In this document: piece by piece, positions 25,203-32,957 of the stretch
How the letters are laid out: every line of letters starts with the position of its first letter
Position numbering within the stretch: the stretch's first letter is position 1
Notes under the pieces: model-generated
Told to the model about the DNA's origin: nothing
Seen by the model: only the letters and a program-made list of their open reading frames with translations
Database searches by the model: none
Source of the DNA: a virus
Lineage: Duplodnaviria > Caudoviricetes
Direction: 5' to 3' (one strand)
DNA length: 32,957 bases
IMG/VR virus record: IMGVR_UViG_3300017913_001570
Location: 1 to 32,957 of that record
Position numbers and translations under genes: made by a program

Positions 25203-26549
25203 ATGCCAGCAGTTATTACAGACACCTTGAGACGACAAATTGCTCGTGACTTCTTCGATCAATTTCAAAACCAGACAGCAAACTATTATGTTGGGATTGG
25301 TAAATCAGAGCCATGGGACTCAAATGAGACAGTCCCTACTCCTGTAAACAATCCAGAAACTATTGCTGATTTTCGTGATGTCGTACAATCTATTAAGAAA
25401 GTAAAGTCAACCTCACTTGTTGTTCCACGTAACAACTGGTCAAACGGTAACATTTACTCACAGTATGACGATCGGTCACAAGGTTATCCCACACAGCCAT
25501 ATTATGTAAAGAACGAGAACAACCAAGTCTATGTCTGTTTAGAGGCTGGTAGAAACAGACTAGGTGTTGCTCAACCTTCTACTGTTGAACCAACTGGATC
25601 AAACAACGATTCATTCCGTACAGCTGATGGTTATGTGTGGAAATTCTTATATACAATTAGTGCAGCAAAGCAAGAACAGTTTCAATCCTCAAACTTCATG
25701 CCTGTGCAGAAACAGGCTTCTACAGATTCTAACTCTACTGGTATTGAGTTAAAACAAAAAGAAGTACAGGATAGTGCAGTATCTGGCCAGATTTTGTCCG
25801 TCATCATCACAGATGCTGGTACAGGATTTACTGGTGTGCCTACAATCACGTTTACCGGTAACGGTACAGGTGCTAAGGCTATTGCCGATATTGATTCTGC
25901 AACTGGTACACTATCTCGTATCCGTATGCAAGACAGTGGACAGTTTATTACACATGGTAGTGGGTATTCCACAGCACAAGTTGCTATTAGTGGTGGTGGA
26001 GGTGCTGGTGCATCTGCTCGTGCAGTATTATCATTTAACGATTCGGGTGTAGGTTCAGATGCTCGTGTGGATCTAAAATCTGCATCAGTTATGTTCCACA
26101 CAATGCTAGAAGGTACTGACAGCGGATTCTTGTTAAACCAAGACTTCCGTCAGGTTGCACTTATTAAAGATCCACTTGATTTTAACGGCTCAAAGATTAC
26201 ATCAAATACAGCAAGCTGTTTGAAATTCATGCGTCTGTCCAGTACAGTGCAAGCATTTACAAAAGATAAGATTATTGAAGGCCAAACAACTCTAGCACAA
26301 GCCTACATTGATGATATTGACTCTGACAAGATTTACTATCACCAAACAGATACAACAGGCTTCACTGCATTCCAAGATGGTGAGATTATTGAAGAAACAA
26401 ATGGTCCTGGCCAAGGCATTATTGACTCTGCCTTAATTAACCCACCTGTGGATGCTTCTACTGGGGACATCCTATATATTGATAACAGGGCTCCAGTGTC
26501 AAGAACTACAACACAGGCTGAAGATATAAAAATTATTCTACAATTCTAA
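25203..26549 (+). CDS. gp8: Baseplate wedge subunit, T4 gp8-like
   Basis: YYVGIGKSEPW, VVPRNNW..G..Y..YDD, VYVCL, DGYVWKFLYTI, GDILYIDNR...EDIKIILQF. Confidence 0.9.
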   Translation: MPAVITDTLRRQIARDFFDQFQNQTANYYVGIGKSEPWDSNETVPTPVNNPETIADFRDVVQSIKKVKSTSLVVPRNNWSNGNIYSQYDDRSQGYPTQPYYVKNENNQVYVCLEAGRNRLGVAQPSTVEPTGSNNDSFRTADGYVWKFLYTISAAKQEQFQSSNFMPVQKQASTDSNSTGIELKQKEVQDSAVSGQILSVIITDAGTGFTGVPTITFTGNGTGAKAIADIDSATGTLSRIRMQDSGQFITHGSGYSTAQVAISGGGGAGASARAVLSFNDSGVGSDARVDLKSASVMFHTMLEGTDSGFLLNQDFRQVALIKDPLDFNGSKITSNTASCLKFMRLSSTVQAFTKDKIIEGQTTLAQAYIDDIDSDKIYYHQTDTTGFTAFQDGEIIEETNGPGQGIIDSALINPPVDASTGDILYIDNRAPVSRTTTQAEDIKIILQF

Positions 26550-26559
26550 AGGTTAGAAA

Positions 26560-29500
26560 ATGGCAACACAGTATACCGATACCCTCTTCGCAACGAAGTA
26601 TAAAGATGATTTTGCTGACAGTGATGGTTACTATCGGATTCTCTTTAACAGCGGTAGGGCTCTGCAGGCTCGTGAACTCACACAGATGCAGACGATTATC
26701 CAAAAGCAGATTGAGAGATTTGGTAATAACATATTCAAAGAAGGTGCAGTTGTAAAACCAGGCGGTCTATCAATCGACACTGGTTATGAGTTTGTAAAAC
26801 TAGACAACACATCAACTTCTACTTCTGCGGCTGTTGGAGATATTCTGACAGGTGCTACATCAGGTATTAAGGCTGAGGTCCTACAAGTTGTTGCCGCTTC
26901 TGGATCTGAACCTGTAACCTACTATGTTCGGTATGTAAACACATCTGCAGCTGCCTCATCACTGACAACACCACGTTTTACATCAGGTGAGAGTCTCGGG
27001 TCTGGTCGTATTGTACAGATTACAAATACAGCCGCTAACCCTGCTATCGGTAAAGGTACACGTGCAACCGTAGGTGAAAGTATCTACTTCACTCAAGGCT
27101 TCTTCGTATATACAGAGGCACAAACTGCTATCATTGCCAAGTATGATGATGCTCCAGATGCCAATGTCGGATTCCGTATCAAACAACAGGTGTTCAGTGT
27201 TGATGATGATAATGATTTATATGACAATCAAGGTACATCAGTAAATACAACAGCGCCTGGTGCAGACCGTTACAAGATTACACTTGAACTTGTATCGGAA
27301 GATCAAGTGGACTCAGATGAAAACTTCATCCACGTGGCCACAGTTAAAAATGGTGCCATCTTTACTGCTGTATCTGCACAGACAAACCTACAGTATAATA
27401 TCCCACGTGACATGATTGCTACACGCATTCGTGAAAACTCTGGCGATTATATTGTAAAACCATTCCGTATCTCGTTTGAAAAAGATTCAGCCTCTACACA
27501 CTTGCTTCTCAAGGCTAGTGATGGTATCGTGGTTGTGGATGGTTATCGTGCTGCTCGTTTTGCCCCAACAGATTTACGGATCAAGAAACCTGCTGAGACA
27601 TTAAAACTGGATGGTGAATTTTTACCAGTTGACTACGGTAACTATGTTGACGTGCTTGCTGATTCAGCAATCGGTGGTCCAGATATTACAACGTTTGCCA
27701 AACAGAACCTAAGAGATGCTAGAAACTATGGTGGTTCAACCATCGGTACGGCTCGTGTAAGAGCAGTGCATGAAAATGGTGCAGACCTTCGGTATCACCT
27801 CTTTGATATTCAGATGAACTCTGGTAAATCATTCCGTGATGCCAAGTCAATCGGTACAGGATCCAGTAACTACTTTAACCCATTACAAAGTGGTACAAAC
27901 ACAATCATTGAGGACCCACTGAATAACACATTGGTTTATCCTACGTTGAAAAACCGTCCACGTGTTATTGATCCACAGAATGTTGAGGTACAAATTCTTC
28001 GGTCTGGTACATCAGATGCATCTGGTAACTTTACCGTTAGTATTCCAACAAACTATGCATTGGACAACGCAGGTGACTGGTTGATCTTTACCGATGCATC
28101 AAATGGTGGTCTGCTAGATAACTCAACACTGGGTGGTTTGACAACAGGTTCTAATACCACAACAATTACAGGTCTGCCAAACAGTGCCCCTATTAAGGCA
28201 TATGTTTACGGTTCAACATCTTCACCTGTTGTTCGTGCAAAGACACTTGCAACTAATCAGACTGTTTCAACTACGGTTCAGACAGATGCAATTACAGGTG
28301 AACAGTTTGTTGACCTTGGTAAACCAGACATCTTTAAAGTACACCGTGTAAGTCTGCAAGACTCATCCGGTGCAGATGTTGCATATAAATTTACACTTGA
28401 TAATGGTCAGCGTGACAACTTCTATGGTCTAGGTCGGATGGTCCTAAATGGTGGACAGTCTGCCCCTTCTGGTAATGTCTATGTTAAATTTGACCACTTT
28501 AACCACGGTGCCGGTAACTTCTTTGCCGTTAACTCTTACACAGGTGTTGTTAACTATTCAGAAATACCTAGTTACACATATACAACTGGTAAGAAAATTA
28601 ACCTGAGAGATGCCATTGACTTCCGTCCAGTTGTTAACTCATCTGGTAACTTCACAGAAGCTAATCTGTCTTATCTTCCTCAACCTACAGACTTGATTAC
28701 ATCTGACAATACATATTATCTTGCTCGCTCATATAAATTGGTTATTGACCGTGAGGGTAATTTCCAAATTATTAACGGACAAGATGCATTTGCTCCTGCA
28801 TATCCACAGGCACCGGATGGCACATTACCTCTTTACAACTTCAGACTGAATCCAAATACCTTGGATGAAAATGATGTGTTTGTGGAGAAGATTGATCACC
28901 GTAGATACACTATGGATGACATCAACCTGCTTGAAAAGCGGATCACAAACCTAGAAGAAGTTACATCACTTAACATGCTAGAACTGCAGACAAGTAACTT
29001 TGAGGTTCTTGACTCTGCTGGTCTGAACAGAACAAAGTCTGGATTCTTTGTTGACAACTTTACAACACACCGTCTGGCTGATGTTTCTGCTCCGACTTAT
29101 CGTGCATCGATTGATCCATCAGAAGGAATCATGCGGCCGACATTCTCAGAAGATAATATCCGTATGATATTTGACTCTGATAATTCAGTGGGTGTTGTCC
29201 GTCGTGGCGATAACGTGTACCTCGAGTATGACGAAGAAACATATATCGAACAACCGTTTGCTACTAAGGCTACTGTAATTAACCCATATACAACATCGGT
29301 TTATACAGGCAACCTTAAGTTATCACCTGCATCAGATGAATGGCGTGATACAAACGTTGCATCTCGGACAGTGATTGATGGTGGTTCAAAACTTGCTACA
29401 TCCACTGCGGCTAACTGGAATAACTGGGAATGGAACTGGGGTGGTAAAGATATTGACGACCTCAAGGTTGGTGATAAAACAAATACAATTACAAAGACCA

Positions 29501-30747
29501 GTGGATCATATGTCAACAAGACTGTAAACAAAGTTGTATCCGAACAAACCGTTGAAGAGGTTATCGGAACACGTGTGTTACAGGTTGCTATGTTGCCATT
29601 CATGCGTTCACGTATTGTGTCTATTCGTGCACGGGGTCTACGTCCAAATTCAAATGTGTTCTTATTCTTTGATGGTATCAACATGTCAAGTTATGTGCGT
29701 GAGGCGGCATTCGTGCAGTACTCAACAAACACTAAGGACTATGGTAATACACTGAGGAATAAAACAACACACATTGACGGTTCTGGCGCATTGACCACAG
29801 ACCTGTCAGGTGCAGTTGATATTTCATTCATGGTACCGAATAACAGCACACACCGATTCCGTGCTGGTACACATGAAATCAAAGTTATGGATATTAGTGT
29901 AAACAGAGAAAGGTTTGCCGGTACCATTGCTCGTGCAATTTATACTGCACAGGGTTTTCTTGATACGGTACACCAAGATATTAAATCAACCCGTATACTT
30001 GAAGTTGAAGGTCAGAAAACACAAATTTACACACCAGTTGCAAACTATAACAGAAACGATGATAACGATGATAATGACTACTCAGGTAGGGGTGTCACAA
30101 TCGTTAACGGCCAAGGTAGTTCTTGGACAAACGATCCAAAGGATGATTACGGTATCGGAACATTTGGTGAGTTTGAAACCAGAAAGGATCCACTTGATCC
30201 ATTTGGTGGCGCAGGGCCTAAGATTGACCATGACCATAACGATGGTGGTAGTAACGATGGTGGTAAGATCATCTGTACTGCACTGCATCAGATGGGTCTG
30301 TTACCATATGATATCTTCGCTGCTGACCAAGAATATGGCCGCCTACTTGCAATAACACATCCGAATATTGTAACTGGTTACCATGCTTGGGCACAAGTTG
30401 TTGTTGATTGGATGAACGGTGTTGAAGATGCACCTAATGTTATGCCATGGGTCAAAGATGATGCAGAGCGGATTGAACGCACAAGGGTTTGGGCAATTAC
30501 ATGGGCACAGGCCATCGCCACACCATGGGCCATCCAAATGGCGCACGAAATGGGTATCCGTGAAAAGGGTAGCAAACTTGGTAAATTCTTAATGTATGTA
30601 GGTTATCCAATCTCATCATGGGTCGGTAAATCTGGTAAGACACCAAATGCATTTACTATGATTGCATTGTTCACATTACTCAGGGGGATTACCTTACTTG
30701 GTGGCAAACCTAAATACTTTGAAGATACGGTTACGGAGAAAAATTAA
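26560..30747 (+). CDS. Large virion structural protein, VrlC/DUF4815 family, N-terminal part, with an extra C-terminal KIICT domain
   Basis: YYRILF..GRALQARELTQMQ, APGADRYKI, LDNGQRDNFY, LRDAIDFRP, RRYTMDDI..LEKRI.NLE..TSL..LE, KSGFFVDNF, LSPASDEW, PFMRSR. Confidence 0.85.
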   Translation: MATQYTDTLFATKYKDDFADSDGYYRILFNSGRALQARELTQMQTIIQKQIERFGNNIFKEGAVVKPGGLSIDTGYEFVKLDNTSTSTSAAVGDILTGATSGIKAEVLQVVAASGSEPVTYYVRYVNTSAAASSLTTPRFTSGESLGSGRIVQITNTAANPAIGKGTRATVGESIYFTQGFFVYTEAQTAIIAKYDDAPDANVGFRIKQQVFSVDDDNDLYDNQGTSVNTTAPGADRYKITLELVSEDQVDSDENFIHVATVKNGAIFTAVSAQTNLQYNIPRDMIATRIRENSGDYIVKPFRISFEKDSASTHLLLKASDGIVVVDGYRAARFAPTDLRIKKPAETLKLDGEFLPVDYGNYVDVLADSAIGGPDITTFAKQNLRDARNYGGSTIGTARVRAVHENGADLRYHLFDIQMNSGKSFRDAKSIGTGSSNYFNPLQSGTNTIIEDPLNNTLVYPTLKNRPRVIDPQNVEVQILRSGTSDASGNFTVSIPTNYALDNAGDWLIFTDASNGGLLDNSTLGGLTTGSNTTTITGLPNSAPIKAYVYGSTSSPVVRAKTLATNQTVSTTVQTDAITGEQFVDLGKPDIFKVHRVSLQDSSGADVAYKFTLDNGQRDNFYGLGRMVLNGGQSAPSGNVYVKFDHFNHGAGNFFAVNSYTGVVNYSEIPSYTYTTGKKINLRDAIDFRPVVNSSGNFTEANLSYLPQPTDLITSDNTYYLARSYKLVIDREGNFQIINGQDAFAPAYPQAPDGTLPLYNFRLNPNTLDENDVFVEKIDHRRYTMDDINLLEKRITNLEEVTSLNMLELQTSNFEVLDSAGLNRTKSGFFVDNFTTHRLADVSAPTYRASIDPSEGIMRPTFSEDNIRMIFDSDNSVGVVRRGDNVYLEYDEETYIEQPFATKATVINPYTTSVYTGNLKLSPASDEWRDTNVASRTVIDGGSKLATSTAANWNNWEWNWGGKDIDDLKVGDKTNTITKTSGSYVNKTVNKVVSEQTVEEVIGTRVLQVAMLPFMRSRIVSIRARGLRPNSNVFLFFDGINMSSYVREAAFVQYSTNTKDYGNTLRNKTTHIDGSGALTTDLSGAVDISFMVPNNSTHRFRAGTHEIKVMDISVNRERFAGTIARAIYTAQGFLDTVHQDIKSTRILEVEGQKTQIYTPVANYNRNDDNDDNDYSGRGVTIVNGQGSSWTNDPKDDYGIGTFGEFETRKDPLDPFGGAGPKIDHDHNDGGSNDGGKIICTALHQMGLLPYDIFAADQEYGRLLAITHPNIVTGYHAWAQVVVDWMNGVEDAPNVMPWVKDDAERIERTRVWAITWAQAIATPWAIQMAHEMGIREKGSKLGKFLMYVGYPISSWVGKSGKTPNAFTMIALFTLLRGITLLGGKPKYFEDTVTEKN

Positions 30748-32334
30748 ATGTCACTAAACAGTTTAGGATATCAACAGAATAAAAATCCGATAGCCCAATC
30801 ATTTTATGTAGATGAGGCACGGGGAATATATGCAACTAAAATCAAGTTGTATTTCAAATCAACGTTTACTCCAACGGCTAACCTGCAGTTGCCTATATCA
30901 TTGCATATTCGTCCTATGCGTAACGGTATGCCTTCAGATGTAGAAATTATACCAGGTTCAACTGTGTATGTTGCACATAACCTAGTTAATACATCCACAG
31001 ACGGTACATCTGCTACGGACTTTGTATTTGATGAACCTATTTTCTTAAATGGTTTGACCGACTATGCAATCGTTGTTTATGCAGAAACTCCAGAGTATGA
31101 GATTTGGATTTCTGAGATAGATGAACAGATTGTAGGGTCTGCTTCAGCTCGTGTGAATGTAAATCCAAATCTTGGTTCTTTGTTCTATTCACAGAACGGC
31201 GCTACGTTTAGTGCAAACCAGAAGCAAGACCTGAAGTTTGACATTGTTCGTGCCAAGTTTAAGACAAATCAAACAGCAAAAGCCGTGTTGACAAATGCTT
31301 CTGTGCCACGTAAACTATTAAACACAAACTCTATCAGAGTGTTTGAAGGTGACAGTGATGTACGAGTGTTTAGCATTAACCACGGTCTACAAGTAAATGA
31401 TACTGTTTCTATTGAGGGATCAACTGCTGTAGGCGGTATTCCTGCGGCAACATTAAATGGTGACCATACAATTACCAAAATTGATGCAGGTGGATTTGAA
31501 TTTAAGGTTAACACAACCGCTGACTCTGATGAAGTAGGTGGTGGTTCAGATATACTTTCCACAAAGAATATTCCATACTCATTGGTTTGGCCAAACATGG
31601 CAACATTAAAACCAAGTGGAACAAATATGTATGCGGCATACAAAGGTACTTCAGGTAAATCATTTGCCGGAGCTGAAACACCATATACAGTAGATGCAGA
31701 TTTCACATCAATTAATCTGAACAAGAATAACTTTGCTTTGGAATATAACTATGTGATTGCTGCAGACTCTATTGCAGATGCTGAAATATCAATCGGCGCA
31801 AAGACTGCTGAGATGGAAGTCCAAATGACTTCTGATAACAACTTTGTATCACCTATGATTGACCTACAGAGATCTTCATTGACTCTTGTGGATAACATCA
31901 TTGATAACCAAGACTCTGCGGCTACATCCGGATTTAATGTACCGATTAACTTTGTTAATGAAACAGATGCAAGACGTGGTACATCTGCCGCTAAACACAT
32001 CACAAAGGTAACCACTTTGGCACAAGCGGCTGTAGGCCTCAAGGTTCTGGTTACCGCTAACAGACCAAAGCCTGCTGGGATAAAATTATACTACAGAACT
32101 GGAAATGAAAATGATATATTGGATGCAGAAGATTGGACATATATTGCCAGTACCTCAAATAACCCACCAGATGATAACCAAAACATCTTCCGTGAGTATG
32201 AGTATCTGATTGGCGGTCTTGGTGGTACCCTTGCGGCATTTACCAAATTTCAGTTAAAGATTGTTATGACTTCAACAAACTCTGCCAAGGTGCCAGTTAT
32301 TAAGGATCTAAGAGCTATAGCATTGAGTGTATAA
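30748..32334 (+). CDS. Virion structural protein, C-terminal part of a VrlC-like protein
   Basis: Begins NPIAQSFYV..GIY.TKIKLYF (DPLAQSF-like); GSLFYSQNG.TF...Q..DLKF; ends FQLKIVM.S.N...VP.IKDLRAIAL. Confidence 0.8.
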   Translation: MSLNSLGYQQNKNPIAQSFYVDEARGIYATKIKLYFKSTFTPTANLQLPISLHIRPMRNGMPSDVEIIPGSTVYVAHNLVNTSTDGTSATDFVFDEPIFLNGLTDYAIVVYAETPEYEIWISEIDEQIVGSASARVNVNPNLGSLFYSQNGATFSANQKQDLKFDIVRAKFKTNQTAKAVLTNASVPRKLLNTNSIRVFEGDSDVRVFSINHGLQVNDTVSIEGSTAVGGIPAATLNGDHTITKIDAGGFEFKVNTTADSDEVGGGSDILSTKNIPYSLVWPNMATLKPSGTNMYAAYKGTSGKSFAGAETPYTVDADFTSINLNKNNFALEYNYVIAADSIADAEISIGAKTAEMEVQMTSDNNFVSPMIDLQRSSLTLVDNIIDNQDSAATSGFNVPINFVNETDARRGTSAAKHITKVTTLAQAAVGLKVLVTANRPKPAGIKLYYRTGNENDILDAEDWTYIASTSNNPPDDNQNIFREYEYLIGGLGGTLAAFTKFQLKIVMTSTNSAKVPVIKDLRAIALSV

Positions 32335-32534
32335 TGGAATGGAAAAATGTTGAAGGCCATCCAGGCCTAGTGAAAAATGAAGATGGTGTTGTATTGAATA
32401 CTAACACAGCAGAAGTAGAGGCGGCAAGAGCCAGAAAAAAGGCTTGGAAGGATAAACAAAAAGAGTTTGATGAGTTAAAGAACGACGTGTCTGAACTCAA
32501 AGACATGATGAAACAAATCATAGAGAAGTTATAA
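32334..32534 (+). CDS. Small conserved protein following VrlC
   Basis: VEGHPGLVK...GVVLNTN plus a C-terminal coiled coil; TAATG coupling. Confidence 0.75.
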   Translation: MEWKNVEGHPGLVKNEDGVVLNTNTAEVEAARARKKAWKDKQKEFDELKNDVSELKDMMKQIIEKL

Positions 32535-32957
32535 TGGCACGTAAGGTAACCGTCAGTAAATCCAATACCATCCAAACATGGATGCAAAAAGTCAACCAGA
32601 TGTCGGATTACATCGAGGATCTGGATGACTTGGATACTACCTTTGATTCTGGTGGTAGTGGTAACGACAAAAGCATTGTTGTTGCTACAAATTATCTGTA
32701 TTCCATAATTGATACGGTCAATAACCAACTATTCGGCGGCGCTGGCAGCCCAAAACTTACAGCAAAAATTATTGCTGACTCTGGCGGCTTTAACAAGTTA
32801 CACGTAGATCAGTTATTCAACTACGATTCCGCTATGCCAGGACCGGGCATTGGTGACAGTGATTATCTGTGGTTCGGTGATTCGGTTGGTACAAGTAAGT
32901 TTGATTATAACTCTGACAGTACTTCATTTGGTACACTCACGATAACAAATCTTGAAG
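32534..32957 (+). CDS. Probable tail fibre/appendage protein (5' part, runs off the window)
   Basis: ATG at 32534 (TAATG overlap), open to the end: MARKVTVSKSNTIQTWMQKVNQMSDYIEDLDDLDTTFDSGG... Confidence 0.7.
   Translation, partial: MARKVTVSKSNTIQTWMQKVNQMSDYIEDLDDLDTTFDSGGSGNDKSIVVATNYLYSIIDTVNNQLFGGAGSPKLTAKIIADSGGFNKLHVDQLFNYDSAMPGPGIGDSDYLWFGDSVGTSKFDYNSDSTSFGTLTITNLE

Noticed and set aside
30745-30750. Stop-codon readthrough fusing the two VrlC parts (in-frame TAA ATG)
   Set aside because: The same TAAATG junction occurs at gp25/gp6; an SD-like GGAG precedes the ATG; TAA is rarely read through
1-32957. CRISPR array, intron, intein, homing endonuclease, DGR or alternative genetic code
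   Set aside because: No repeat-spacer pattern, interrupted core genes, Hint, HNH or RT motifs seen; genes translate intact with the standard code

Overview
The window is a segment of a T4-like myovirus genome (marine/alphaproteobacterial T4-like gene order; the host cannot be read from the sequence). Left part (1-6560): two glycosyltransferase-like genes, a zincin and small hypothetical or exported proteins driven by repeated TTTACA-N17-TATAAT early-type promoters. It also holds a ~280-nt structured non-coding island at 2464-2740. Next come gp33 and gp32, an inverted late block (tape-measure-like, gp51-like, gp26, tube-initiator-like, gp2, gp4) and a long late baseplate operon (gp48, gp53, gp27-like, gp5 split over three genes, gp25, gp6, gp7, gp9/10-like, gp8, split VrlC/DUF4815, start of a fibre-like gene) with TATAAATA late promoters. 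Best leads: (1) a probable SD-stimulated -1 frameshift (T TTT TTC) fusing gp26 to gp51 just upstream of the tape measure, like lambda G/GT; (2) a ~15-fold excess of Asp-Ser dipeptides in outer versus inner baseplate proteins, suggesting a virion modification sequon; (3) a Gly-rich/KIICT C-terminal domain on VrlC that may be an autoprocessing or sorting module; (4) a hairpin whose loop is complementary to early-gene ribosome binding sites; (5) a late-promoter-driven structured RNA. All family calls come from motif recognition by eye; no searches were run.
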